64,000 nucleotides of DNA from an uncultured Gemmatimonadota bacterium (GTDB lineage Bacteria > JAAXHH01). Shown here in pieces: positions 1 through 9,576 of this stretch (positions within the stretch are counted from its first letter, which is position 1; each line of letters begins with the position of its first letter). The stretch lies in the NCBI GenBank assembly GCA_951812955.1, contig OX638340.1, forward strand, positions 2,016,001 through 2,080,000, written 5' to 3'. The notes beneath the pieces are model-generated. The model was not told where the DNA came from, searched no databases, and saw only the letters and a program-made list of their open reading frames with translations. The translations under genes were made by a program, and so were the position numbers.

Positions 1-2
1 TG

Positions 3-524
3 TTGATCACCCTGAGCTTGACCGTATTCGTCGACCTGGTCACCGCGGTGGCGATCGGACTGATCGTCGCGGGCATGGCCCACGCCAGGAAGCTGGAAAA
101 CCTGGAACTGGACAGCGTGGTCTCCGTACCGCTGCTTGACCGCCAGTTTTTCACACTGGAAGAAGACACCTCCAGAATAGACGAATTCTCGGCACGCGTA
201 GGACTGGTTGCGCTCAGGGGGAGTTTCACCGTTGCTTCGTCCAAGAAACTCGTGGGCGTGATCAGTGAGGACATCAAGGAACATGACGTTGTCATCTTCG
301 ATTTCTCCGGAGCCACCTACATCGACGACAGTGCGGCCATGGTCGTCGAACAACTGATGGACGTCGCCACGAGCGAAGACACCGAGTTTGTCGTCATGTC
401 GCTATCGGGATCCGTCGAGGATACCTTATCCGCCCTCGGTATCATCCAGCGCGTACCTGAAGCACACATTGTGGAAACGCTGGATGAAGCGCGCGTGGTA
501 GCGAGGGAGATGCTCGGGATGTGA
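3..524 (+). CDS. SulP-family anion transporter, C-terminal STAS domain (5' truncated by window edge)
   Basis: Hydrophobic TM remnant followed by a STAS-like segment (VVIFDFSGATYIDDSAAMVVEQL...) typical of SulP C-termini. The ORF runs off the 5' edge. Confidence 0.55.
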   Translation: MITLSLTVFVDLVTAVAIGLIVAGMAHARKLENLELDSVVSVPLLDRQFFTLEEDTSRIDEFSARVGLVALRGSFTVASSKKLVGVISEDIKEHDVVIFDFSGATYIDDSAAMVVEQLMDVATSEDTEFVVMSLSGSVEDTLSALGIIQRVPEAHIVETLDEARVVAREMLGM

Positions 525-540
525 GCTCCGTTCTTGGGAT

Positions 541-2328
541 GTGAGCCCCTTGAATGCAGGGGAAAGGCGAAGGCACATGATCGCACGAAGGAGACCATGC
601 CTCCCGTTCTGCCTGATCGGGCTCTTCGCCCTGTTGTTGAATTCGGCCTGCGGCGACGACCCCTCCGATCTTCCCGGCCATCCGTATGTTGAGACCATTC
701 CCGGCGAAGAAGCGGTGGCCAGGCCGCTTCCGGCGGACGCGGCGCCCCCCGAACGCCAGGTATACCGCTACTTTTCCAATGAACCCTCCAGCCTGGACGT
801 GAGCGTCGCCCTGTACGAATCCCTGGGCAGCGCCTTTCTCTTCGAACGGCTTTGCATGATCGACGAGAACGAAGAACTCACCCCGGGCGCGGCGGACCGG
901 TGGGAGCGTTCATCGGATGGAAGGACCTGGACGTTCCACCTGCATCCCGGCGCACGCTGGAGTGACGGCACGCCCGTCACCGCCCACGACTTCGAGTACA
1001 CGTTCAAGCGCCTGCTCCACCCTGACAGCGGAAACGTATACGCCTTCTTCTACTACGACATCAAGGGCGCAAGGGCGTACAACCAACGAATGAGCGACGA
1101 CCCGGACCTGCTCGGCGTGCGCGCGATCGACGACCTGACCTTCGAAATCGAAACGGAAGAACCCTGCGCCTACATGCCTTACGTTACCTCGTACACAGCC
1201 TCTTCCCCGGTACCCCGATGGCAGGTGGAGAAATACGGCGCAAGGTGGACCGAAGCCGATCGGTGCGTGAGTAATTCCGCGTACCGTCTTGATGAATGGG
1301 TCCAGGGCAAGTACATGACCTTCCGCCTCAACCCCCACTACCGAGGCAACCATCCCGGCCATTTCAGAAAGATCGTACGCTTATTCTCGGGAATGGCGGG
1401 GACCGGCAGCGCGTCCGGCGGCGTGGGACTGCTGCCGTACGAGAACGACGAGGTCGAGCTGGTCGGCGTGGGAAGTCCGGCCGATCTCGACCGCATCAGA
1501 AACGATCCTGAACTGGGCGGACAGCTATGGAAGTTCAACGGCGTGTCCACGGTGTACCTGTTTTTCCGGACCCGGGAACCACCCCTGAACGATGTCCGCG
1601 TGCGTCAGGCCATCGCGATGGCCATCGACAAACAGACCATCGCCGACGTACTGTTCAAGGGAGCCGTCCGACCGGCCTACGGTATGCGTCCTCCCAATTT
1701 TCCCGGGTACGTTGGAGAAAAGTTTCGGCATCTGCAGCGGTTCGACCCGGAAACCGCGCAACGCCTGCTGGCCGAAGCCGGGTTCCCCGGTGGAAAGGGG
1801 TTTCCCGCCATCGAAATCTGGTTGAGGGACGCGCCGCCTTCGTCACAGAGCGGCCAGGCCGCGCAGATGATCCAGGAACAACTGCACGAAATCCTGGGAA
1901 TCCGGCTCGAGATCCTCAACATGCAGGCGAACGCGTTCAACCAACTGATGTACGAATGGAAAATTCCGATCGGCATGGTGGGCTACGGCGCTGATTTTTC
2001 GGATCCGCAAAGCCTGCTCGGTGTGCCCTGGCGCTCCCAGCCCCGGGGATTCACCCGGCACGACTGGGACAACGCAAGATACAATAACCTGATCGACCGG
2101 GCCCGCGTGGAAGTCGATCGCGACAGAAGAATGCAGCTTTATGAAGAAGCGGAACGGATTCTGACCTCCGATGTCGGCGGGGCCTTTTTATGGCACGACC
2201 TCAGGTTTCAACTCCGCAAACCGTGGCTCAAGGGACTGAAACGGGACCGCGCGGGTTTCTATCCATTCTGGGAGAACAACACTGTGTACACCGAAATGTA
2301 CATCGGCAACGAGAGAATGGACGGATGA
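541..2328 (+). CDS. ABC transporter substrate-binding protein, family 5 (peptide/nickel/opine type), secreted
   Basis: 595-aa ORF with an N-terminal signal peptide (likely start at M577, MIARRRPCLPFCLIGLFALLL). Length and sequence character match DppA/OppA-like SBP family 5. Standalone, no adjacent permeases. Confidence 0.75.
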   Translation: MSPLNAGERRRHMIARRRPCLPFCLIGLFALLLNSACGDDPSDLPGHPYVETIPGEEAVARPLPADAAPPERQVYRYFSNEPSSLDVSVALYESLGSAFLFERLCMIDENEELTPGAADRWERSSDGRTWTFHLHPGARWSDGTPVTAHDFEYTFKRLLHPDSGNVYAFFYYDIKGARAYNQRMSDDPDLLGVRAIDDLTFEIETEEPCAYMPYVTSYTASSPVPRWQVEKYGARWTEADRCVSNSAYRLDEWVQGKYMTFRLNPHYRGNHPGHFRKIVRLFSGMAGTGSASGGVGLLPYENDEVELVGVGSPADLDRIRNDPELGGQLWKFNGVSTVYLFFRTREPPLNDVRVRQAIAMAIDKQTIADVLFKGAVRPAYGMRPPNFPGYVGEKFRHLQRFDPETAQRLLAEAGFPGGKGFPAIEIWLRDAPPSSQSGQAAQMIQEQLHEILGIRLEILNMQANAFNQLMYEWKIPIGMVGYGADFSDPQSLLGVPWRSQPRGFTRHDWDNARYNNLIDRARVEVDRDRRMQLYEEAERILTSDVGGAFLWHDLRFQLRKPWLKGLKRDRAGFYPFWENNTVYTEMYIGNERMDG

Positions 2329-2350
2329 AAGGGCACAGAGGGCACAGGAC

Positions 2351-3175
2351 ATGAATGACCCATATCGTATTGACGGGGCAATCGCGGTCGTGACCGGCGC
2401 GGCGCAGGGTCTCGGACTGGGTATCGCGGAACGGCTGGCACGCGGCGGCGCGACCGTGGTGATGGCGGACTTGCAGCTCGAAAAGGTCGAGGCGGAAGCA
2501 GGGAAACTCCGAGAACAGGGGCTGGCGGCAATTCCCAGGCCTCTGGACGTTTCGGATAGCGCATCGGTAAGTGCATGCTTCGATGCGGTAGCCGAAGCGC
2601 ACAGGCGGCTCGACATCCTGGTCAACAACGCCGGGGTCGGCCAGAAGGTAGCGCCCGTCGTCGAACTGAATGATTCAGAATGGGACCGGGTCATGCGGGT
2701 CACGTTGACCGGGACCTTCTACTGCTGCCGGGCCGCGGGCGGGATCATGGAACGGCAGGAGTCGGGATGCATCGTGAACATCTCTTCCATCAACGGACAG
2801 AATCCGGCGGCCCTGGTAGCGGCCTACAACGCGGCCAAGGAAGGCGTCATCAGTCTCACGCGGACCCTGGCCCTGGAGCTTGCGGCTTACGGAGTCCGGG
2901 TGAACGCCGTGTGTCCGGGCCCGGTATACACCGAGTTCAACCGGTCGAACATGGCCCAGCGCAGCAAGACCCTGGGATTGACCGAAGAGGAGATGATCGA
3001 ACGGATTCGTGGCGCCATCCCGCTAGGCAGGTGGGGCGAACCGGAAGACATCGCGAATGGAGTCGCGTTCCTCTGCAGCCCCGCGGCGGGCTGGATCACC
3101 GGGGAAGTCCTGCGGGTGAGCGGCGGCATGGAGGGAGTTGCGGCCGCTCCGCCGAGGCGGGATTCCAGGGGATGA
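2351..3175 (+). CDS. SDR-family NAD(P)-dependent oxidoreductase
   Basis: Rossmann motif TGAAQGLGLG, NNAG, and the catalytic YNAAKEG (YxxxK). Confidence 0.85.
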   Translation: MNDPYRIDGAIAVVTGAAQGLGLGIAERLARGGATVVMADLQLEKVEAEAGKLREQGLAAIPRPLDVSDSASVSACFDAVAEAHRRLDILVNNAGVGQKVAPVVELNDSEWDRVMRVTLTGTFYCCRAAGGIMERQESGCIVNISSINGQNPAALVAAYNAAKEGVISLTRTLALELAAYGVRVNAVCPGPVYTEFNRSNMAQRSKTLGLTEEEMIERIRGAIPLGRWGEPEDIANGVAFLCSPAAGWITGEVLRVSGGMEGVAAAPPRRDSRG

Positions 3176-3215
3176 GATGGCCGTTTCAGCCCCGCCTTCC
3201 TACACCCCGGCCTTT

Positions 3216-4715
3216 CTACACCCCCGCCATCATTCGCATGACTGTGCCCTGGTCCGCATCCTCGCGGGAAAGTTCACCCGCCACGCGACCTGCACGCAGC
3301 ACCATGATCCGCGTCGAAAGGTTGAGCACTTCCGGCAATTCGCTCGACACGAGCACGATGGCCGTGCCCTCATGGGCCAACTGGTCGATCAGGGCGTGTA
3401 TTTCCGACTTGGCGCCCACGTCCACGCCCCGGGTGGGTTCGTCGATCAGGAGCACCGGGCATCGCGCGGCCAGCCACTTGGCGAGGACAACCTTCTGCTG
3501 ATTGCCTCCGGACAGGCCCGCCGTGTTATACCGGACATCGTCCGGCCGCACCGATAGCCGCTTTACGTACTCGTCAGCCAAATCTTCCTCCCCTTTGCCT
3601 CGTATCCATCCGAAATTGGAACGGTGCGCCAGCGTGGGCAGACCGATGTTCTGGTCCACGCGAAGGGTAAGGACGAGGCCGAATCGTTTCCGGTCTTCGG
3701 GCACAAGCCCGATTCCGTTTCGCATCGCGTCGATCGGATGCCGGATGCTCACCGGCCGGCCGGCGACACGTAAGTGCCCTGTAACGTTGGGATCCAGCCC
3801 GAAAACGGCCTGCAGCACTTCGGTCCGCCCGGCGCCGACCAGGCCGGCCAGGGCGAGTACTTCCCCGGACCGCACCGAGAATGAGACGTTCTCAAACTTT
3901 CCGGGACTTGTAAGGCTGTCCACGGCCAGCATCTCGCCGCCGGATTCGGTGTCGACGTGGGATGGGAAGTAGGCCTCGTAGGTGCGGCCTATCATGAGAT
4001 TGATCAGCGTGGCCCGGTCGAGCTCGGCGACCGGGCGGGTAGTCACGTGCCGCCCATCGCGTAGCACGGTCACGACGTCGCACAGGCGGAAGATTTCGTC
4101 CAGGTCGTGGGAGATGTAGATCGACGTCACACCCTTCGACTTGAGATGACGGATGTTCTCCCGCAGCCGTTTCGCTTCCACGTGCGACAGACTGCTGGTC
4201 GGCTCGTCGAAGACGATCACGCGGGCGCCGCTGCCCAGGGCCGCCGCGATCTGCACCAGTTGCTGCTGGGCGACGGGCAGGTCGCCGATGGACGTTCCCA
4301 CGTCCATGTCGGCGTCAACTGCCTCCAGCATGCGACGGGCCCGTTCTTCCATCGACCGGTCGGAGACGAACCCGCCCCTGGCCGGCAGTGTACCCAGGCA
4401 GAGGTTCTCGGCGACAGACAGGTTCTCGCAGAAAACGAGTTCCTGGTGGACCATCCCGATGCCCATGTCAAGGGCATCCCGCGGTTCGATCAGCTGTACG
4501 GGACGACCGTCGATTCGGATCTGTCCGCCGTCGTGATCGTAGATGCCGGTCAGGATCCGACCCAGCGTACTCTTGCCGGCGCCGTTTTCGCCGACCACGG
4601 CGTGGCAGGTACCCGCTTCGATGCCGAAGGTAACGTCGTCGAGCGCCGTCACGCCCGGAAACCGCTTGGTGATCCGATCGAACTCGATATAGGGTTGCGC
4701 TGGATTGCGGTCCAT
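3216..4715 (-). CDS. Sugar ABC transporter ATP-binding protein with duplicated nucleotide-binding domains (RbsA/MglA type)
   Basis: Two Walker A motifs (GENGAGKST and GLVGAGRTE) and the LSGGNQQK signature. 499 aa, typical of tandem-NBD sugar importers. Confidence 0.85.
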   Translation of the reverse strand: MDRNPAQPYIEFDRITKRFPGVTALDDVTFGIEAGTCHAVVGENGAGKSTLGRILTGIYDHDGGQIRIDGRPVQLIEPRDALDMGIGMVHQELVFCENLSVAENLCLGTLPARGGFVSDRSMEERARRMLEAVDADMDVGTSIGDLPVAQQQLVQIAAALGSGARVIVFDEPTSSLSHVEAKRLRENIRHLKSKGVTSIYISHDLDEIFRLCDVVTVLRDGRHVTTRPVAELDRATLINLMIGRTYEAYFPSHVDTESGGEMLAVDSLTSPGKFENVSFSVRSGEVLALAGLVGAGRTEVLQAVFGLDPNVTGHLRVAGRPVSIRHPIDAMRNGIGLVPEDRKRFGLVLTLRVDQNIGLPTLAHRSNFGWIRGKGEEDLADEYVKRLSVRPDDVRYNTAGLSGGNQQKVVLAKWLAARCPVLLIDEPTRGVDVGAKSEIHALIDQLAHEGTAIVLVSSELPEVLNLSTRIMVLRAGRVAGELSREDADQGTVMRMMAGV

Positions 4716-4782
4716 GGTGTTACCGGGAGGTTACCGGGCGATCAGTCGTTCGAAACCTGCGAACCTCGTTCGGCCGACCTGT

Positions 4783-5823
4783 TCATTCGTCCGAAGAGGC
4801 TGGCGGATCCTCATCCTTAAGGTATCGCTCGGGAACGTCCGTGAATCCCCATCCCTGGAGCATCCCGGCCCATTCGCCGAGGTTCTCCTGCGATACGTGG
4901 ACCAGTTCGAGGGGATTGATGACGGGCACGTCCCGCTTAAGGTGGATCTTCTCGACGATCAGGCGGACGGATTCGTATCCCCACAGGTAGGTGGGCTGTC
5001 CCCAGAGCACAGGGACGATGCCCTGTTCGATGTAAGTTAGCTGGGGCGGCAGCGCGTCGACGGAGATGATCTTCATGCGGTCGGGATCCAGGTCGGTCAG
5101 CAGGGACTGGGTGAAAAGCGCCCACCCGCCGACCATGGCCCACCCCTCGATATCCGGGTAGGCGTTGTTGACCCGCACCACTTCGGCGGCGGCATCCTGG
5201 GGGGTCTCTATGTGGTAGAAAGTTCCCACGATCGAGATCTCCGGATACTCTGCGGCCTTCTGCAGGACCCCTTCGACGCGCTTACGCAGATTCGGGGCGT
5301 TCTGGTTGCCTGCAAGGATGGCCACGCGTCCCTTCCCGTCCATCGCCTTGGCCAGTTCTCCCATGATCAAGCCGCCGGTCTTGATGTCGTCCACACCGAA
5401 GAAGGCGAACCGCCTGGATTCAGGCGCGTCGCTGTCGAAAGTCATCACCGGCACGCCCCGCTCCACTGCGTCGTTAATGGCGCCCGTGACCTTGGCGGCG
5501 TCCGAACAGGAGATCAGGACCACGTCCGCGCCTTCGTTCACGGCCTGCGCGATCCGCTGCGCCTGGACCTGGCCGTCCTCCGTCGGCGGCGTGCGCCAGT
5601 CGATCACGATTTCGATACCGTGCTCGGCCGACAGCTCCCTGGCCGCGGCGTCCGCCCCGGTTCTGGAGGAGAGAAACACGGGATTGGTCGTGCTTTTGGC
5701 GATCATGGAGATCACGAGCCGGTTTTCGTCGACAGGCGCGTTCCCACCACAGCCCGTTCCGAAAACAAGCATGCTCACGGCCGGCAGGAGCAGGATCCGC
5801 AAACGCGTCATCAGGATTTCCAT
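4783..5823 (-). CDS. Sugar ABC transporter periplasmic binding protein (PBP type I, ribose/xylose family), lipoprotein-like signal
   Basis: Signal peptide with a cysteine (MLVFGTGCGG). RbsB-like fold signature along its length. Same strand and operon as the flanking permease and ATPase. Confidence 0.8.
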   Translation of the reverse strand: MEILMTRLRILLLPAVSMLVFGTGCGGNAPVDENRLVISMIAKSTTNPVFLSSRTGADAAARELSAEHGIEIVIDWRTPPTEDGQVQAQRIAQAVNEGADVVLISCSDAAKVTGAINDAVERGVPVMTFDSDAPESRRFAFFGVDDIKTGGLIMGELAKAMDGKGRVAILAGNQNAPNLRKRVEGVLQKAAEYPEISIVGTFYHIETPQDAAAEVVRVNNAYPDIEGWAMVGGWALFTQSLLTDLDPDRMKIISVDALPPQLTYIEQGIVPVLWGQPTYLWGYESVRLIVEKIHLKRDVPVINPLELVHVSQENLGEWAGMLQGWGFTDVPERYLKDEDPPASSDE

Positions 5824-5864
5824 CAGGCTAAGTCCTTTCTTTACAGGTCTGACTCGAAGTGGGC

Positions 5865-6884
5865 CTAACCCGCCTCCACCAGCCTGCGCGCGGTGAGACG
5901 ACGGTTCACCTGGTCAAGTACGACGGCGACGATGATCGCGCATCCGATCACGACCCACTCGTAGTTCTGGTCCAGGTGCAGGGTGCGGATGGACTGACGG
6001 ATCAGGACGATCAGCATGGCGCCGAGCATGGCGTTGACCGCGCTGCCCCGGCCGCCGCGTAGACTCGCGCCTCCGACGACTGCCGATGCGATGACGTATA
6101 GTTCATATCCGGTTGCGTCGGCACAGGAGGCCGAACCGTAGTAACTACTGCCCACCAGTGCGGCGATGCTCGCTGTAAGGCCCGATACCACGTACACGCC
6201 CACCAGGATTCGGTCGATCCTGAGGCCGGCATACCGGCTGGCCTCCAGGTTGCCGCCCACGGCGAATATGTGGCGCCCCATGACCGTACGGGACAGGTAC
6301 ACGGCGCCCGCGGCGGTGATGACAAGCATGATGATCATGGGCATTGGGTAAAGCGCATCGGAACCGAAGGATAGCTTGATCACATCCGTCAGCGCCTGCG
6401 GCACGAGGATGCTCTCCGCCTCGCTGATTACGAAGGCTATGCCACGGAATACCCACATCGTGCCAAGTGTTACGATAAAGGGATGTACGCGGAGTCCGAC
6501 CACCATGACCCCGTTCAACAGGCCGCACAGGAGGCCGAGACACAGACAGACCAGGACGGCCAGCATGACCACGGATAAGGGACTATCCGGCGCCATGGAC
6601 CGCAATACCATGGCGGTCAATACACCGGACAGCGCGTAGATCGAGCCGACCGATAGATCGATCCCTCCTGAGATAATCACCATGGTCGCCCCGACCGCCA
6701 TGATCACGAAGAAACTGGCGTCGGTCGCCGTCTGCATCAGAGTGCGGGAATTCAGGAAGTTGTTGACGAGTTCACCCGTCGAACGGTCCACGTGGTATCC
6801 TGCGAAAACGGAGAGTACCGCACCGAGCAGCAGGATGACGAGGAGCAAGCCTGTTTGCTGTGAACCGAGCAGGATACGAAGCAT
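5865..6884 (-). CDS. Sugar ABC transporter permease (RbsC/branched-chain-like, ~10 TM helices)
   Basis: 339-aa highly hydrophobic ORF with ribose-type permease character. First gene of the minus-strand operon (permease, then binding protein, then ATPase). Confidence 0.8.
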   Translation of the reverse strand: MLRILLGSQQTGLLLVILLLGAVLSVFAGYHVDRSTGELVNNFLNSRTLMQTATDASFFVIMAVGATMVIISGGIDLSVGSIYALSGVLTAMVLRSMAPDSPLSVVMLAVLVCLCLGLLCGLLNGVMVVGLRVHPFIVTLGTMWVFRGIAFVISEAESILVPQALTDVIKLSFGSDALYPMPMIIMLVITAAGAVYLSRTVMGRHIFAVGGNLEASRYAGLRIDRILVGVYVVSGLTASIAALVGSSYYGSASCADATGYELYVIASAVVGGASLRGGRGSAVNAMLGAMLIVLIRQSIRTLHLDQNYEWVVIGCAIIVAVVLDQVNRRLTARRLVEAG

Positions 6885-7130
6885 GAATGGGTCGGTGTTC
6901 CAGGCGTTCGCCAGGTTTCTGGATGTGATTCGGATGTCCTGGAATGGTACGGAAGCCCCGGATTAAATCAAGGAAAACGTGCAGTTGGTCAAGCACGCCG
7001 GGCGGGTCGTCAGACATGCCGAAAACCGTTCGATCGGTCGCAGGAAACTTCGCCAAAGAAAAACCCCGACATGCGTCTGCGGACATGCCGGGGTCGTGTT
7101 TGTAAGATCAGATTGCGCGGTGCCGCCGAG

Positions 7131-7469
7131 TCAGGACGCCTTCTTGTCCTCCCGTTCCTCATCCTCGTGCCGCAGTTCTTCTTCCCGGTCCGCTATGCTC
7201 TCCTGCGACGCCTTGACCCGTTCCAGAATGCCATTCACCTCCGTATCTCCCGACACGTCGGTGATTCCTTCCTCGACCACCATCTGGTGTACACGGCCGC
7301 CAAGTTCGGTCAACTGGTTGCGGATATCGGCGCGGGCCGACTGAATTTCAAGCTTAATCCGTCCTTTCCGCGTGAGGTCTTCCGCCATGTCCAGCGCGCC
7401 GGACAGGCTTTTGCGCACGGTTTCGAACGGGCCGTCCAATTCCGACTTGATCGTTTGCCAGAGGTTCAT
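7131..7469 (-). CDS. Hypothetical small coiled-coil protein
   Basis: 112-aa ORF with a good RBS (AAGGAG 7 nt upstream of ATG). Charged, heptad-like composition. No recognisable motif. Confidence 0.4.
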   Translation of the reverse strand: MNLWQTIKSELDGPFETVRKSLSGALDMAEDLTRKGRIKLEIQSARADIRNQLTELGGRVHQMVVEEGITDVSGDTEVNGILERVKASQESIADREEELRHEDEEREDKKAS

Positions 7470-7595
7470 GATGCAACTCCTTTTCCTGGTGCCTTCGTGG
7501 GTCTTTGAATCGCGGTTCGGCGGACGAAAGGTCTTTACAGGTTAGACGTTCGTTTTGCCGTCCGGGTTTCAGTATACCGCAAGCGAGAAACCGCG

Positions 7596-8285
7596 TCAAC
7601 GATAGAGCGCGTAGGCGACTATGTTGATCCCCATTCGAAAGGCGGTCTCCCGTTTCGCCGGCGGATCGTTGTGGGTCTTTTCGTCGGCCCAGCCGTCACT
7701 GACATTGCTTTCGTACGTGTAATACACTACCAGCCGTCCGTCGTGGAAGAGGCCGAATCCCCGCGGCGGTTTGCCATCGTGTTCGTGATGTTTGGGCGGG
7801 CCGGACGGGAAGTCGTAGATGATGTGATAGATCGGATGGTCGAAAGGCAACTCGACAAAATCCTGGTCGGGAAAGACGCGCTTCATTTCCCGACGAAATG
7901 CCCGGTCCATGCCGTAATCGTCATCGGCATAGAGAAACCCGCCGCGCGTCAAGTACTTACGCAGGTTGCGGATTTCCGGCTCGGTCCACTTCACTTCTCC
8001 GTGGCCGGTCATGAACAGGAAGGGTGAAGAGAACAACAGATCATCGGTCAGGGTTACGACACGCTGATCCAGATTCGTCTCTATGCCGGCGCGCAGTTGC
8101 AGTTCACGGGCCAGGTTGGGAATCGCCTCGGGGTCGTTGTACCAATCGCCCCCGCCGTCGTACTTCATCCGCGCAATGGACAGCCTGCCGTTTTCGTTCT
8201 CGGCTGCGCGCCCGTAAGAAGCCGTCCACCCGGAGGCGAGGCCGCACAGCAGGAGCGCGGTCACGCTTCTGAGGAAGGAGTTCAT
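7596..8285 (-). CDS. DUF4159 domain-containing secreted protein
   Basis: Signal peptide begins at the internal Met (MNSFLRSVTALLLCGLASG). Motifs FLFMTGHG and GGFLYADDDYGM are recognised from DUF4159 proteins. The longer Pro-rich N-terminal extension (to 8387) is probably not translated. Confidence 0.55.
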   Translation of the reverse strand: MNSFLRSVTALLLCGLASGWTASYGRAAENENGRLSIARMKYDGGGDWYNDPEAIPNLARELQLRAGIETNLDQRVVTLTDDLLFSSPFLFMTGHGEVKWTEPEIRNLRKYLTRGGFLYADDDYGMDRAFRREMKRVFPDQDFVELPFDHPIYHIIYDFPSGPPKHHEHDGKPPRGFGLFHDGRLVVYYTYESNVSDGWADEKTHNDPPAKRETAFRMGINIVAYALYR

Positions 8286-8537
8286 CGCGGGAGGCTCCGG
8301 ATCATCTGCGACCGCCGGGCCTGGCGGGCCGGGCTCTGCCGCCCGTGCGAGGTCCGGAGGCACGCACGCGCTGTCCGCCGCCGGCAAGTGCCATCAGATA
8401 GACCAGGCCAATCGCGACTAAACCCAGAATAACCGTACCGATCACGCTGAAACCAATCGTCGCCAGCATACCGTCTCCTTACAGTTGATGATGCGTCCAA
8501 GGGATACAGCCCTCAATCAAGATCCCCGAGGTTTGCT

Positions 8538-9542
8538 TCACCCGTCGACTCCCGCGGGCCGCCCGCTGTCTTTCAGGCTCCAGTCCAGCAGACGCTTCAT
8601 GTCCGTGAACCGTGTTCGGCTGGTCGGTCCGCCAAGTATGACGGCGTAAATGTCATCTCCCGAGTCTCCACGCGCACGCATGACGAGACAGTATCCGGCC
8701 CGGCGGATGTAACCTGTCTTGCTGCCCATGCTCTCCCACTGACTTTGAAACACCCTGTCGCGCACCAGCCGATTGGTGGTCCGTATAGTATGCGTCCGCC
8801 TGTTCGTACCAAACCTGTGCTCCCTTGCAAACAGGACTTCCGCCAGTAATTCATCCTGCAGCGCGGTCCACAGAAGGGCTACGCAGTCCACCGCCGAGGA
8901 AACATTACCGGCGTCCAGCCCGGTAGGTTCGGTAAATCGGGAGTTTGCCAGACCAAGTGATGCCGCAGTTGCGTTCATGCGGTTCGCGAATGCATCGATG
9001 GTAAGGCCCGATGCGCGTGCCAGTGCGCGCGCCGCTGCGTTATCCGAAGCGACCAGGGTTGCGTAAAGCAGGTCCTTCGCCGAGACCTGTTCCCCGAACC
9101 TGAGTCGTGTCCAGTTAGCCCGGTATACGTCCTGTCGTGAAATGCTGACCCGCTTATCCAGATCCGGATCCATCCGCATATAGGTCACCGCGGTCATCAG
9201 TTTCGTGATACTCGCGATCGGGAACGGCGACGTGGCATTCTTCTGATAGATCACCTCGCCCTTCTGCATATCTATGACAAGCGCGGCCCGGGAGCGTACG
9301 CGGATTCCGCGGTCGCGCGCCGTTGACCCGGCGGTCTGCGGTTCAGCCCTTCCGGGAGCCGCTTCCGGGGCAGACGGTACGGGGGGATATACGTCATCGT
9401 TGCGGACTTCAGCCCCGTTCGATACGGCCTCCGGTTCTGATCCGAAGACCGGTACCGGGTTCACGGAAACTGAAACGGCGAGAAGCACCAGAGCGCACGT
9501 AGCCCAAGCCGTCCTGTAACGGGTCGAAACGGCATTGTCCAT
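8538..9542 (-). CDS. D-alanyl-D-alanine carboxypeptidase (peptidase S11, PBP5/6 family)
   Basis: SxxK (SITKLMT), SDN (VASDNAAA) and KTG (SKTGY) active-site motifs. Signal peptide present. Confidence 0.85.
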   Translation of the reverse strand: MDNAVSTRYRTAWATCALVLLAVSVSVNPVPVFGSEPEAVSNGAEVRNDDVYPPVPSAPEAAPGRAEPQTAGSTARDRGIRVRSRAALVIDMQKGEVIYQKNATSPFPIASITKLMTAVTYMRMDPDLDKRVSISRQDVYRANWTRLRFGEQVSAKDLLYATLVASDNAAARALARASGLTIDAFANRMNATAASLGLANSRFTEPTGLDAGNVSSAVDCVALLWTALQDELLAEVLFAREHRFGTNRRTHTIRTTNRLVRDRVFQSQWESMGSKTGYIRRAGYCLVMRARGDSGDDIYAVILGGPTSRTRFTDMKRLLDWSLKDSGRPAGVDG

Positions 9543-9576
9543 AGGCTGGGATTATAGGAAGGGGGATGTACCTAAG